A stretch of DNA of 35,490 bases from an uncultured Actinomycetes bacterium (GCA_903865885.1 CAIPLJ010000163.1:1-35490), one strand, 5' to 3'; shown: positions 20,985-31,244, counted from the first letter of the stretch. Notes: generated from the sequence alone by a model not told the origin. Program-made: numbers and translations.

Positions 20985-23659
20985 TGGAATCCGCCGAAAT
21001 CCGTTCGCGCTGGCTGCGCTTCTTTGAATCTGAGAACCGACAAGGGTTAACTCATACCGTTGTTCCGTCGGCTTCGCTTATCGCCGATGATCCCAACCTG
21101 CTCTTAGTCAACGCTGGAATGGTGCCTTTTAAGCCATATTTCCTCGGAGAAGTGACACCTCCTTATAAGCGCGCGACATCGGTTCAGAAATGTGTGCGCA
21201 CACTCGATATCGATGAAGTTGGTAAGACAACACGACATGCATCGTTCTTTCAAATGTGTGGAAATTTCTCCTTCGGTGACTACTTCAAAGAAGGTGCGAT
21301 CGCACTTGCATGGGAGCTTCTGACTCGTCCGATCAGCGATGGTGGTTATGGATTTCCTGAAGAGCGCTTATGGGTAACTGTCTATCTCGATGATGATGAA
21401 GCTGCAGATATTTGGCATAAGAAGATCGGTATACCGCGCGAGCGAATTCAACGACGCGATATGGCTGATAACTTCTGGTCGATGGGTGTTCCAGGTCCTT
21501 GTGGTCCTTGTTCAGAGATTTATTACGATCGCGGTCCTGCGTACGGAGTCGAAGGCGGACCTGTAGCCGATGAGAATCGTTACATGGAAGTGTGGAACCT
21601 CGTCTTTATGCAGAATGAACGAGGAGCCGGTGGTGGTAAGGATGGTTTCCCTATTCTCGGCGAACTTCCTGCAAAGAGCATTGATACTGGTTTAGGTCTC
21701 GAACGTACTGCAGCGCTCTTGCAAGGTGTCGAAAATATCTATGAAATCGATACGACGATGCAGATTCTCACTAAAGCCTCGGCACTTGCTGGAGTCTCAT
21801 ACGGAAAATCGCAGAACACAGATGTCTCACTTCGCGTTGTAGCAGATCACGCTCGTACATCGGCGATGCTTATCGGAGATGGCGTCACACCTGGCAATGA
21901 AGGTCGCGGCTATGTCTTGCGTCGCATGATGCGCAGAACGATCCGCAATATGCGTCTTATGGGTGTTAATGATCCCATCATGTCTGAACTCACGATCGCA
22001 GCTATCGGTGCGATGGGTCCTCAGTATCCTGAACTCATTGCAGATAAGAAACGAATTCTTGCTGTATCTGTGGCTGAGGAAGAATCATTCCTACAGACAC
22101 TCAAATCTGGCACACAAATTTTTGATATGGCATCAACACAGTTGAAAGCAAGCAAGAAGAATCTGCTTCCTGGCGCTGAAGTCTTTAAGTTGCATGACAC
22201 ATATGGTTTCCCATTCGATCTCACCCTCGAGATGGCACGTGAAGAAGGTCTAGAAGTTGATGAAGAAGGTTTTAGACGTTTGATGACCGAGCAGCGCGAT
22301 CGCGCTAAGGCAGATTCAAAGGCGAAGAAGAGTGGACATACAGATTTATCTGAATACAAGAAGATTGCTGATGCAAAGGGAGCATCCACATTCGTTGGGT
22401 ATACGCTCAATGAATCTGAATCCGTTATCAATGGAATTCTCGTCGATGGAATCAGCGTTGCATCTGCAATCTCTGGCCAAGATGTTGAAATCGTGCTTGA
22501 TCGCACCCCTTTCTATGCCGAAGGGGGAGGCCAGCTCGCTGATGGCGGTCGTATAACTCTTGCCAATGGAGCAGTTGTTGAGATTGAAGATGTGCAAACG
22601 CCAGTGAACGGACTCTCTGTGCATCGAGGACGAATTATTTCAGGTGAAGTCGCAACTGGCTCGAAAGCGCTAGCGGCAATCGATCTCGAACGACGCAACG
22701 CAATTTCACGCGCACACACTGCAACTCATATGGTGCATAAAGCCTTCCGCGAAATACTTGGAGAAACTGCAACGCAGGCAGGCTCAGAGAATTCACCAGG
22801 GCGCTTTCGTTTTGATTTCCCATCAACGGGGGCTGTCTCAGATCTAGTTCTCAATGAAGTTGAATCGCGAGTAAATACGCTGCTATTGGATAACTTGGCT
22901 GTGACAGCTGAAACCATGACACAGGACGCTGCCAAGAAGATCGGTGCGATGGCGCTCTTTGGCGAAAAGTATGGAGATCAGGTGCGCGTAGTCAGCGTAG
23001 GAGATTGGGCTCGCGAACTCTGCGGTGGTACTCACGTGGAGCGCTCGGGTCAATTGGGTGTCGTTAAACTTCTGAGCGAATCTTCTGTTGGTGCTGGCGT
23101 TCGACGAGTTGAAGCGTTGGTCGGGGTGGATGCATATAAATTCCTAGCGCGCGAACATATTCTCTTGAACTCATTGACTGAAATCATTAAGGGCGCACGA
23201 ACCGAAGAGCTACCCGAACGCATCTCAGATCTTCTCTCAAAGATCAAGGATATTGAGAAGGAGCTTGCAGGGGTGCGTTCATCGCAGGCAATGGGTCAAA
23301 TTGGAGCACTTGCAGATACTGCGCGCAGTATCAACGGAACTTCCGTTGTAACGGCCGTTCTTCCAGATGGCATTACGGGCGATGATCTGCGCAAGATCGC
23401 ACTCGATCTCAAAGCACGCGCTCCGCAATCTGCCATTGCGCTCATCAGTTCTAGCGAGGGCAAACCAGTACTTGTTGTAGCAGTCAGCGATGCAGCAAAG
23501 GCTGCAGGTTTAAAGGCAGGCGCACTAGTCAAGATCGGTTCCACAGTCTTGGGTGGTGGCGGTGGCGGTAAAGATGATTTCGCTCAAGGCGGAGGCACGG
23601 ACGCTTCCAAATCTCAGACTGCACTTTCCGCAATCGTTGATTCAATATCAGGAAAGTAG
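20984..23659 (+). CDS. alaS: Alanine--tRNA ligase
   Basis: [41 protein letters not shown] editing motif, ELCGGTHV and GGGGGGK..AQGGG. GTG start overlaps the upstream TAG. Confidence 0.98.
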   Translation: MESAEIRSRWLRFFESENRQGLTHTVVPSASLIADDPNLLLVNAGMVPFKPYFLGEVTPPYKRATSVQKCVRTLDIDEVGKTTRHASFFQMCGNFSFGDYFKEGAIALAWELLTRPISDGGYGFPEERLWVTVYLDDDEAADIWHKKIGIPRERIQRRDMADNFWSMGVPGPCGPCSEIYYDRGPAYGVEGGPVADENRYMEVWNLVFMQNERGAGGGKDGFPILGELPAKSIDTGLGLERTAALLQGVENIYEIDTTMQILTKASALAGVSYGKSQNTDVSLRVVADHARTSAMLIGDGVTPGNEGRGYVLRRMMRRTIRNMRLMGVNDPIMSELTIAAIGAMGPQYPELIADKKRILAVSVAEEESFLQTLKSGTQIFDMASTQLKASKKNLLPGAEVFKLHDTYGFPFDLTLEMAREEGLEVDEEGFRRLMTEQRDRAKADSKAKKSGHTDLSEYKKIADAKGASTFVGYTLNESESVINGILVDGISVASAISGQDVEIVLDRTPFYAEGGGQLADGGRITLANGAVVEIEDVQTPVNGLSVHRGRIISGEVATGSKALAAIDLERRNAISRAHTATHMVHKAFREILGETATQAGSENSPGRFRFDFPSTGAVSDLVLNEVESRVNTLLLDNLAVTAETMTQDAAKKIGAMALFGEKYGDQVRVVSVGDWARELCGGTHVERSGQLGVVKLLSESSVGAGVRRVEALVGVDAYKFLAREHILLNSLTEIIKGARTEELPERISDLLSKIKDIEKELAGVRSSQAMGQIGALADTARSINGTSVVTAVLPDGITGDDLRKIALDLKARAPQSAIALISSSEGKPVLVVAVSDAAKAAGLKAGALVKIGSTVLGGGGGGKDDFAQGGGTDASKSQTALSAIVDSISGK

Positions 23660-23664
23660 CGTCT

Positions 23665-24084
23665 ATGAGAGGCCGTCGTATCGCCTTCGATTATGGTGAG
23701 GTTCGAACAGGTGTAGCTCTCTGCGACCCAGATGCAATCTTGGCTTCACCATTATGCGTCCTACAAAGTAAGGACAAAGATTTTCTCACGCAAATACAGA
23801 ACCTAATTGCCGAGCACCAACCGATTCATATCTTTATTGGACTTCCGATGAATATGTCAGGATCTGAAGGAGAAAGCGTTGTGAAGGTTCGTATCTTTGC
23901 TGCAGCCCTTGCGGAACTTGTTGATCTTCCGATTTCGATGGTGGATGAGCGACTCTCCACCGTAAGTGCACAGAAGCAGTTGAAAGAGGCTGGTGTATCG
24001 ATCCGTGCTTCGAAAGAGCTCATCGATGCGATGGCTGCTGTCGCAATTCTCGAGCAAGGTCTATTGCGTGAAAATCTGGACTAA
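23665..24084 (+). CDS. ruvX: Holliday junction resolvase-like protein RuvX/YqgF
   Basis: IAFDYGEVRTGVA, IGLP, VDERLST and IDAMAAVAILE. Confidence 0.95.
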   Translation: MRGRRIAFDYGEVRTGVALCDPDAILASPLCVLQSKDKDFLTQIQNLIAEHQPIHIFIGLPMNMSGSEGESVVKVRIFAAALAELVDLPISMVDERLSTVSAQKQLKEAGVSIRASKELIDAMAAVAILEQGLLRENLD

Positions 24085-25105
24085 CTCTGACACCTTTCGT
24101 ATCTTTGTTGCCTTTCTGCTCATAGGAGCGATCACATTCTCTCTCCATCTTGTTCGTGTTCCTGGTTCGAGTGCACCGGACTTCGTATGTACTTCGGAAT
24201 CTTCGCAATCTGCCAATATTGAAATTACGTCAGGTGAGTCCGGTTCCTCTATTGCACAATCTCTCTTTGCAGCTGGTGTTGTGAAGTCTGCTGAGGCCTA
24301 TTTCCGAGTAGCAGTTGGTGATGCTCGTTCAGCGACGGTTGCACCCGGTAATCACCGAATTGATCTTGGTATCTGCGCATCGGAGGCTCTTGTGCAGTTG
24401 CTCGACTCTTCTCGAATCTCTGGTCTGATAAATATCACAGAAGGTGCTTGGCTCTCAGAGATTCTGCCGCAGTTCTATGCAGCAGGGATGTCTCGAGCAG
24501 ATGTTGCTAGCGCAATGCAGACTCTCGTGAAACCTGCCGGCTTCACATCACTGGAAGGTTTGCTCTTCCCAGCTCAGTACAGTTTCCAAAAGGGAACACT
24601 CGCGAAGGTTGCGCTTCAAACAATGATTGTTCGCTCGCTCAGTGAGATGCAGAAAGCGGGATTTGCGACGAATCAAAGTAAATTCACCCAGCAGCAACTT
24701 CTTATTATTGCCTCACTTGTGCAAGCAGAGGGAAATACTAAGGACTTTACAAAGATTTCGCAGGTAATCCGTAATCGCCTGACTAAAGGGATGCCACTGC
24801 AATTTGATTCCACGGTTCATTATGTAAAGAAATCTCGAGGGAGCGTTTTCTTAAGTACAGAGTCAACCCTGGTGAATTCCCCCTACAACACTTACAAACA
24901 CTATGGACTCCCACCAGGTCCCATCAATAATCCAGGGTCAGACGCAATGTATGCAGCCACACATCCTGAAGCAGGGGATTGGCTTTTCTTCATCACAGTT
25001 GCGCCGTTTGATACACGATTTACCAATAATCTCGATCAGTTCAACACGTGGAAAGTAGAATATGAGCAGAATTTGAAGGCCGGGAAATTTAGGAGGACAC
25101 CGTGA
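24068..25105 (+). CDS. mltG: Endolytic transglycosylase MltG (YceG family)
   Basis: N-terminal TM, LEGLLFPAQY, IIASLVQAE, NRL..GMPLQFDSTV, SPYNTY...GLPPGPINNPG. Start corrected to GTG 24068. Confidence 0.93.
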   Translation: MKIWTNSDTFRIFVAFLLIGAITFSLHLVRVPGSSAPDFVCTSESSQSANIEITSGESGSSIAQSLFAAGVVKSAEAYFRVAVGDARSATVAPGNHRIDLGICASEALVQLLDSSRISGLINITEGAWLSEILPQFYAAGMSRADVASAMQTLVKPAGFTSLEGLLFPAQYSFQKGTLAKVALQTMIVRSLSEMQKAGFATNQSKFTQQQLLIIASLVQAEGNTKDFTKISQVIRNRLTKGMPLQFDSTVHYVKKSRGSVFLSTESTLVNSPYNTYKHYGLPPGPINNPGSDAMYAATHPEAGDWLFFITVAPFDTRFTNNLDQFNTWKVEYEQNLKAGKFRRTP

Positions 25106-25911
25106 TACGTGGCGCTGTTCTTGGGTCACCGATTAGCCATTCACTCTCTCCAATTCTGCATAAGGCCGCCTTTGATTTCCTCGGAATTGAAGGCTCGTAC
25201 TCAGCAATTGATGTACCTTCAGCAACTCTCTCTGATTTCATCACTGCTCGCGGCAAAGAGTTCGACTACTTCTCACTGACGATGCCGCTGAAAGAAGAAG
25301 TGATGGGGCTAGGTTTTGCAACAGATAGCAAGACGTTAGAAATTCAATCAGGCAATACGCTTTATCGCGCCGATGAGCAATGGAAGTTGACGAGTACTGA
25401 TGGAAGTGGCTTTGTCTCGGCTCTCTCACATGCAGGGTTAAAAAGTTTCAATCGGGTCCTGATCCTAGGTGCAGGAGGAACTGCGCGTGCTGTCACCGGT
25501 TCACTGGATGCAATCGCAACGGAGATCCATGTACTCGGACGCTCAAGTATTCGACAGGAAGCCCTTGAGCATTCTGTTCACAGTGCGCATTTCGAATATC
25601 ACAGATGGACGCTCGATATCGACTTCTCACAATACGATTTAGTTGTTAATACAACTCCTGCAGGTGCTGCAGATCTTCTCTCCGATGCGCTCTCGCCAGG
25701 TGTGCAGGCGGTTCTCTTTGATGTGATTTACAAACCGTGGCCGACCGAGCTTGCTAAGCGCTGGCGTGATTGTGGAGGAAGGGTTCTCAATGGTTTAGAG
25801 CTTCTTCTCTATCAAGGAATCGATCAACTCGAGATTGTTCTTGAAAAGAAGGTCGATCGCTCTGCCTTAGCCAATCACCTTCGAACTGTATTGGCCAAAG
25901 CAGCAAAGTAA
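25102..25911 (+). CDS. aroE: Shikimate dehydrogenase
   Basis: VLGSPISHSLSP.LH, SLTMPLK, NT, TDG.G, ILGAGGTARA, VVNTTP and DVIY.PWPT. Confidence 0.95.
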   Translation: MIRGAVLGSPISHSLSPILHKAAFDFLGIEGSYSAIDVPSATLSDFITARGKEFDYFSLTMPLKEEVMGLGFATDSKTLEIQSGNTLYRADEQWKLTSTDGSGFVSALSHAGLKSFNRVLILGAGGTARAVTGSLDAIATEIHVLGRSSIRQEALEHSVHSAHFEYHRWTLDIDFSQYDLVVNTTPAGAADLLSDALSPGVQAVLFDVIYKPWPTELAKRWRDCGGRVLNGLELLLYQGIDQLEIVLEKKVDRSALANHLRTVLAKAAK

Positions 25912-25956
25912 TCCACAGGCATATAAATCGTTCTGATTTGGTCTTACCCTCTGCAA

Positions 25957-26349
25957 GTGTTGACGCTCTTCTCACTTGCCACCATTGCAATCTTTGATCT
26001 CATAACCCATCGCATTCCAAACCTACTTTTGCTACTCCTTCTTATTTCAGCACTTCTATCGGGAGAATTGTCGGTACATCTTCTCTATGGGTTTGTAGTC
26101 TGCACTCTTGCTCTAGGTGGCTATCTCTTCTTCGGACTAGGGGCGGGCGATGTCAAGCTTGTCTCTCTCATCGCTTTCTTCTTAACGCCGAGAAATCAGA
26201 TCATCAATTACTGGTTCCTCGTATCAATGATTGGTCTCGTGCTGATAGCCATTCACTTCGCTCTATCGCGGACAATCAAAGGAAATATCGCTCTTGCACC
26301 GGCTCTCTGTGGTGCAGTTCTCTGTATTTCATGGGTGGGGGCCATTTAA
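25957..26349 (+). CDS. A24-family prepilin peptidase (short TadV/CpaA-like form)
   Basis: Very hydrophobic. Two catalytic Asp motifs ([10 protein letters not shown] and GLGAGDVKL) plus C-terminal IALAP. Located between aroE and aroC as in many Actinobacteria. Confidence 0.85.
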   Translation: MLTLFSLATIAIFDLITHRIPNLLLLLLLISALLSGELSVHLLYGFVVCTLALGGYLFFGLGAGDVKLVSLIAFFLTPRNQIINYWFLVSMIGLVLIAIHFALSRTIKGNIALAPALCGAVLCISWVGAI

Positions 26350-26389
26350 TTACGCTCATATCTCAGCGCTTTTCTGCGACAATATGCAC

Positions 26390-27571
26390 ATGCGTTGGAT
26401 TACTGCAGGCGAATCACATGGCCAAGCCCTCTCGGCAATCGTTGAGGGAGTACCTGCTCATGTCGAAGTCACCACTGCAGATATAGATTTTCACTTAGCA
26501 AGACGCCGTCTTGGTGTTGGCCGCGGTGCACGTCAGAATTTTGAAGCAGATAAGGTCACGATTCTTGGTGGCGTACGTCTAGGAATCACACAGGGCGGAC
26601 CAATCTCGATTCAGGTGGGAAATAGCGAGTGGCCAAAATGGGAAAAGGTGATGTCCGCCGATCCCGTTCCTGCATCAGAGATCGAAAACTTAGCTCGCAA
26701 TGCGCCACTTTCGCGTCCGCGACCAGGACATGCGGATTTAGTAGGAATGCAAAAATATAATTTTGATGATGCACGCGCCATTCTTGAACGTGCAAGTGCT
26801 CGCGAAACCGCAGCACGTGTCGCGCTCGGTGCAATCGCTCGCAATTTTCTAGAACAGAGCGTGGGAATCACCATTTTGAGCCATGTTCTTTCGATTGGAT
26901 CAGCGCGAGTTCCCGACAATTATCCACTTCCACTAGCTACTGATATGAAGCGCATCGATGAGGATCCTGTTCGTTGCAGTGATCCTGCAACGAGTGCGGC
27001 AATGATTGCTGAGATTGAATCTGCCCATGCTGATGGAGACACACTCGGAGGCGTCTGTGAAGTTCTTGCCTACAACCTTCCGCCCGGTCTTGGATCTCAT
27101 GTCCATTGGGATCGTAGGCTCGATGCTCGTCTTGCTGGTGCAATGATGGGAATTCAAGCAATCAAGGGTGTAGAAATTGGTGACGGTTTCAGGACTGCAA
27201 CGCGTAGAGGCTCTGTCGCACATGATGAAATTGAACGTGGTTCAGATGGTGCAATCCATCGACGCACAGATCGTGCCGGAGGCACTGAAGGTGGAATGTC
27301 TAACGGTGAAATCTTGCGCATATCCGTCGCTATGAAACCCATCTCTACTGTCCCGAAAGCACTCGACACGATTGATGTAAAGACAGGCGAGGCTGCAAAA
27401 GCGATTAATCAACGTTCAGATGTCTGCGCAGTTCCTGCAGCAGGAGTGGTCGCAGAGGCGATGGCAGCGCTTGTCTTAGCAGAAGCGGTACTTGAAAAGT
27501 TTGGTGGGGATTCAGTGCAAGAGACTCGTCGTAATTACGAGTCGTATATGAAGAATCTACGATTTAAGTAA
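26390..27571 (+). CDS. aroC: Chorismate synthase
   Basis: [49 protein letters not shown] and RSDVCAVP. Start corrected to ATG 26390 (26384 also possible). Confidence 0.97.
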   Translation: MRWITAGESHGQALSAIVEGVPAHVEVTTADIDFHLARRRLGVGRGARQNFEADKVTILGGVRLGITQGGPISIQVGNSEWPKWEKVMSADPVPASEIENLARNAPLSRPRPGHADLVGMQKYNFDDARAILERASARETAARVALGAIARNFLEQSVGITILSHVLSIGSARVPDNYPLPLATDMKRIDEDPVRCSDPATSAAMIAEIESAHADGDTLGGVCEVLAYNLPPGLGSHVHWDRRLDARLAGAMMGIQAIKGVEIGDGFRTATRRGSVAHDEIERGSDGAIHRRTDRAGGTEGGMSNGEILRISVAMKPISTVPKALDTIDVKTGEAAKAINQRSDVCAVPAAGVVAEAMAALVLAEAVLEKFGGDSVQETRRNYESYMKNLRFK

Positions 27572-27577
27572 GTCGCC

Positions 27578-28084
27578 ATGCCACCGCGTCTCATATTGAT
27601 AGGACCGATGGGTTCGGGCAAAACGACTATCGGTAAGCTGATTGCGACCAAATTCAATCTGCCTTTTCGCGATACCGATCACATCATTGAGCAAGAAAAC
27701 GGCAAGAGCGTTTCCGAAATATTCCTCGAAGATGGTGAAGATAAGTTCCGCGCCCTCGAGAAGTCAGTTCTACGTAAAGAGTTATTGAGCGACGACACCA
27801 TTTTGGCTCTGGGAGGCGGTGCGCCAATATCGATCGATGCACAATCAGCGCTGAAAGCGATCGCATCCCCAGTGATCTATTTTGATATCTCACTCGCATC
27901 GGTAGCGCCACGAATTGGGTTTAATCGCGATAGACCACTACTTCTCAATAATCCACGTGGGCAATGGGAGCTTCTTATGCAAGAGCGTCGCCCTATCTAT
28001 GAAGCAATCGCAGATAGGGTAATTGATGTGAATGCTAAGTCTGAGAGCGATATCGTCGATGAGATTCTCATGGTGATCTCATGA
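27578..28084 (+). CDS. aroK: Shikimate kinase
   Basis: Walker A GPMGSGKTT, DTD, GE..FR.LE, LGGG and RPLL. Confidence 0.96.
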   Translation: MPPRLILIGPMGSGKTTIGKLIATKFNLPFRDTDHIIEQENGKSVSEIFLEDGEDKFRALEKSVLRKELLSDDTILALGGGAPISIDAQSALKAIASPVIYFDISLASVAPRIGFNRDRPLLLNNPRGQWELLMQERRPIYEAIADRVIDVNAKSESDIVDEILMVIS

Positions 28085-29136
28085 AGACGATACATATCTC
28101 AGCCGATCGCGAGTACGACGTTCTCATAGACGCGCCCTATCTAGAACATCTCAAGGCGGCTTCTATTTCTCGCTCACGTGTCGGAATTTTTTTCAGCGCC
28201 ACTATGAAGGATGCGATTCCACGTATCGAAGGTGTCGATGCCGAGTTCTTCTACTTTCCCATCCCAGATGGTGAAGCAGGCAAGAGCGTTGATACTTTGC
28301 GACAGAGCTGGGATTGGTTAGGTGCGGCAGGGTTCACTCGTGACGATCTCATTGTTGGCATCGGGGGAGGCGCAGTCACTGACTTTGCAGGATTTGCTGC
28401 GGCGAGTTGGTTACGTGGAATTGATTGGATAGCTGTTCCCACAACGATTGCCGGGATGGTCGATGCTGCAATCGGTGGCAAGACCGGCATTAATAGCGAT
28501 TACGGAAAGAACCTCATCGGTGCATTCCATTCGCCCATATCAGTGGTCATCGATCCGCATTGGCTCGCAACACTCTCCGATCGTGACTTCCGTGCCGGAC
28601 TTGCTGAAGTAATTAAATGTGGATTTATTCATGATGAAAAAATACTGACTGCGGTCAAAGGCAAGTCACTTGCAGAGATCCGTGCTTCTCGCGGACTGAC
28701 TGTCGAACTCATTGAGCGATCAGTACAAGTCAAAGCCGAGGTTGTTTCGGGAGATTTCAAAGAGAGTTTTGAGCGCGAAGTTCTCAATTACGGCCACACC
28801 TTTGGTCATGCTGTTGAACTGTTGTCGAAATATTCACTTCGTCATGGTGAGTGCGTCTCTATCGGCATGGCATTTATTGCATACCTGTCAGCTGAAATTG
28901 GGGTCATGAGTAAGGCTCTTCTCGAAGAACATCTCTCGGTTCTTTCAACGCTGGGATTACCCACAACGTATTCGCAAGGTCAGTGGCCTGAATTACTTGC
29001 TGCAATGAAACTTGATAAGAAATCTCGAGGAAGCGGACTTCGTTTCGTCGTGATCTCTGAGATTGGAAAGACACAACGCTTGGAGAATCCAATTGAAAGC
29101 GCGCTACTGGCCGCTTATGAGAAGGTATCCCAATGA
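28081..29136 (+). CDS. aroB: 3-dehydroquinate synthase
   Basis: GEAGKS, GGGAVTDFAGF, VPTT..MVDAAIGGKTGIN, KNLIGAFH, LNYGHTFGHA, HGE and DKK. Confidence 0.97.
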   Translation: MKTIHISADREYDVLIDAPYLEHLKAASISRSRVGIFFSATMKDAIPRIEGVDAEFFYFPIPDGEAGKSVDTLRQSWDWLGAAGFTRDDLIVGIGGGAVTDFAGFAAASWLRGIDWIAVPTTIAGMVDAAIGGKTGINSDYGKNLIGAFHSPISVVIDPHWLATLSDRDFRAGLAEVIKCGFIHDEKILTAVKGKSLAEIRASRGLTVELIERSVQVKAEVVSGDFKESFEREVLNYGHTFGHAVELLSKYSLRHGECVSIGMAFIAYLSAEIGVMSKALLEEHLSVLSTLGLPTTYSQGQWPELLAAMKLDKKSRGSGLRFVVISEIGKTQRLENPIESALLAAYEKVSQ

Positions 29137-29564
29137 AGGTTCTAGTTCTCAATGGCCCAAATCTTGGTCGTCTCGATATTCGTGATTCTTCGATTTATGG
29201 CGATATGTCCTATGCAGATCTTGTAGCGCATATTCATTCTGCGGCTAAGACGCATGGATTTGTGGCCGATGTTCGTCAGAGCAATGATGAGTCAGAGATT
29301 ATTGGGTGGCTTCATGAAGCCGCTGATACCAACACGCCAGTGATAATCAACCCAGCTGCTTTTACGCATTATTCCTATGCCATTCGTGATGCCGCCGAGA
29401 TGGTCACAGCTCCTCTGATTGAGGTACATCTTTCAAATCCACTATCTCGCGAAGAGTTTCGTCACACATCTGTAATCTCTGGAGTCGCCAATGGCACAAT
29501 CGGGGGATTCGGACCTAATTCATACGTGCTGGCTCTCATCGCTTTGAAGGCGCTGGTCGCCTAA
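29133..29564 (+). CDS. aroQ: Type II 3-dehydroquinate dehydratase
   Basis: VLNGPNL..L..R...IYG, QSN.E, INPAAFTHYS, IEVHLSN and REEFRH.S. Confidence 0.96.
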   Translation: MKVLVLNGPNLGRLDIRDSSIYGDMSYADLVAHIHSAAKTHGFVADVRQSNDESEIIGWLHEAADTNTPVIINPAAFTHYSYAIRDAAEMVTAPLIEVHLSNPLSREEFRHTSVISGVANGTIGGFGPNSYVLALIALKALVA

Positions 29565-29574
29565 CTCCATACGG

Positions 29575-29580
29575 TAAACT
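29575..29580 (+). promoter_or_regulatory. Putative -10 element (GG-TAAACT) for efp-nusB
   Basis: TANNNT in the aroQ-efp gap, followed by a short hairpin (about 29592-29613) and a GGAG SD before GTG 29629. Confidence 0.5.
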
Positions 29581-29628
29581 CTGCGGTCTATTGTCCTTCG
29601 ATAAGCGAAGACATGAACTGGAGTTATC

Positions 29629-30189
29629 GTGGCAACAACAAATGATCTAAAAAATGGCATGACCCTCGACATCGAAGGTCAGTTATGGACCGTTGTTGAA
29701 TTCCAACATGTAAAGCCGGGTAAAGGTCCAGCATTTGTTCGCACAAAGCTCAAGCAAGTTATGACTGGAAAAGTTGTTGATAAGACTTTCAATGCTGGCG
29801 TAAAGATTGAAATAGCTATCCTTGAAAAGCGTGAAATGAACTTCCTCTATAAGGAGGGCGATGACTATGTATTCATGGATAACGTCAACTTTGATCAGAT
29901 GAATATCTCAGAGGCGACCATCGGCGATGCAGTTAACTACATGCTTGAGAATACTGAGGCAATCGTCGCTATCCACGAAGGCAACCCTCTCTATATCGAA
30001 CTTCCTGCCTCTGTCCCACTTAAGATTACGTACACTGAACCCGGACTACAGGGTGATCGCTCATCAGGTGGCACAAAGCCTGCAACTGTCGAAACTGGAA
30101 TTCAAATTCAAGTGCCTCTCTTTATCAAGCAAGATGAAATCGTTCTCGTTGATACACGCGATGGTTCGTACCAGGGTCGCGCCAACTAG
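29629..30189 (+). CDS. efp: Elongation factor P
   Basis: [30 protein letters not shown] and VPLFI. Confidence 0.98.
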   Translation: MATTNDLKNGMTLDIEGQLWTVVEFQHVKPGKGPAFVRTKLKQVMTGKVVDKTFNAGVKIEIAILEKREMNFLYKEGDDYVFMDNVNFDQMNISEATIGDAVNYMLENTEAIVAIHEGNPLYIELPASVPLKITYTEPGLQGDRSSGGTKPATVETGIQIQVPLFIKQDEIVLVDTRDGSYQGRAN

Positions 30190-30611
30190 TGTCAGCTCGC
30201 AGTAAGGCTCGTAAGCATGCGCTGGATCTGCTCTACGAAGCTGATATTCGCAACTCGTCTGCGCTGGATCTGCTCGCACTCAGAGATGTTCAAGAAGATG
30301 GGCCAGATGCTCGCCCCGTCCGTGATTTCACCAAGTTACTGATCGCTGGAATTACCGATAACAAACGCAAGATTGATGAATTGATTGCAACGTATGCCCA
30401 AGGCTGGGATATGGATCGATTGCCCGCTGTGGATCGAAATATCCTTCGCCTCGGAATTTATGAAATCGTCTGGAGCGCCGACCTCGATGATGGCATTGCG
30501 ATTGATGAAGCGCTCACACTAGCTAAAGATCTATCCACCGATGAATCAGCTGGATATATCCACGGAGTATTGGGTCGAATCTCGTCCATTAAAGAGAGCA
30601 TTGCAATCTAA
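30189..30611 (+). CDS. nusB: Transcription antitermination factor NusB
   Basis: ARSKARK.AL..LYE, W..DRLPAVDRNILR, IDEA..LAK and YIHGVLG. Confidence 0.96.
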   Translation: MSARSKARKHALDLLYEADIRNSSALDLLALRDVQEDGPDARPVRDFTKLLIAGITDNKRKIDELIATYAQGWDMDRLPAVDRNILRLGIYEIVWSADLDDGIAIDEALTLAKDLSTDESAGYIHGVLGRISSIKESIAI

Positions 30612-30625
30612 ATTCAGTCCTCGTA

Positions 30626-31120
30626 TCACCGTATAGCGAGTAGAACTCTTTGTTCATCGAGCCATTGCATAAGCTCGATATATTCCATATTGAGGATGTG
30701 CGCTAGGACTGTGCAATCGGAGCTACGTAGCGAGAGAACTTCGCCGTTCCAATCTTGACGAGACTCAACAATTGAACGGGTATATCTAGCTAGAATCGTA
30801 AATCGCTCACTGAATTCGTTCGGCAGTTGAGCGCGATTGCTTATTGTTCGAAGGTCGAACATCTTTCGGCCGGTATTCACATCTGTTGTATTTTTCTTAT
30901 CTGTGAAGAGCTGTGAGAGCGGAATCTCGTACAAGTTGGCAATCTCGATCGCGCGTTTGACGCTCAAGGTGCGTGAGCCGCGTTCGTAAGAACCCAGAAC
31001 CACTGCCTTAATTCGCCCCTGACTTACGCGCTCAACATCTAAGAGAGACCAACCACGCGCATGGCGCAATGTGCGTAACTTGGCGCTGATATCGGAGATG
31101 GTGACTGTGTCGGGGCTCAT
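30626..31120 (-). CDS. bldD: BldD-like XRE-family transcriptional regulator with c-di-GMP-binding C-terminal domain
   Basis: AKLR..R...G.SL..VE..SQGR.KAVV.GSYERG.R matches the BldD HTH. C-terminal RQDWNGEVLSLRSSD fits RxD-x8-RxxD. Same nusB / bldD / pyrR context as Streptomyces. Confidence 0.88.
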   Translation of the reverse strand: MSPDTVTISDISAKLRTLRHARGWSLLDVERVSQGRIKAVVLGSYERGSRTLSVKRAIEIANLYEIPLSQLFTDKKNTTDVNTGRKMFDLRTISNRAQLPNEFSERFTILARYTRSIVESRQDWNGEVLSLRSSDCTVLAHILNMEYIELMQWLDEQRVLLAIR

Positions 31121-31126
31121 GGGTGC

Positions 31127-31132
31127 ACGATA
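31127..31132 (-). promoter_or_regulatory. Putative -10 element TATCGT for a leaderless bldD transcript
   Basis: TANNNT 6 nt upstream of ATG 31120, with no SD. Confidence 0.55.
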
Positions 31133-31183
31133 CGAGCTGGCGCATACACACCCAGATTGATTTCCACAGGTTGCGATATTCAG

Positions 31184-31192
31184 TGATAAACT
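31184..31192 (+). promoter_or_regulatory. Putative extended -10 promoter (TGaTAAACT) of the pyr operon
   Basis: TGn-TANNNT about 10 nt upstream of the PyrR-binding hairpin. Confidence 0.55.
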
Positions 31193-31202
31193 CCCGCCAA
31201 CA

Positions 31203-31238
31203 TCCTTTAACGACCCGTCCTGCGAGGCGGGGAAGGAG
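31203..31238 (+). promoter_or_regulatory. PyrR-binding RNA hairpin overlapping the pyrR Shine-Dalgarno
   Basis: TCCTTTAA-CGA-CCCGTC-CTGCGA-GGCGGG-G-AAGGAG. It has the CUUUAA segment and the UCCnGnGAGG loop of PyrR sites. TCCTT pairs with the AAGGA SD. Confidence 0.85.
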
Positions 31239-31244
31239 ATTTAC

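Noticed and set aside
30218-30275. Exact 16-nt direct repeat TGCGCTGGATCTGCTC (30218-30233 and 30260-30275) in nusB
   Set aside because: Only two in-frame copies, both encoding ALDLL within a normal-length NusB. Not CRISPR-like and no sign of an insertion.
31121-31200. BldD autoregulatory box in the bldD-pyrR spacer
   Set aside because: No convincing match by eye to the Streptomyces TnACnnnnnGTnA-type palindrome.
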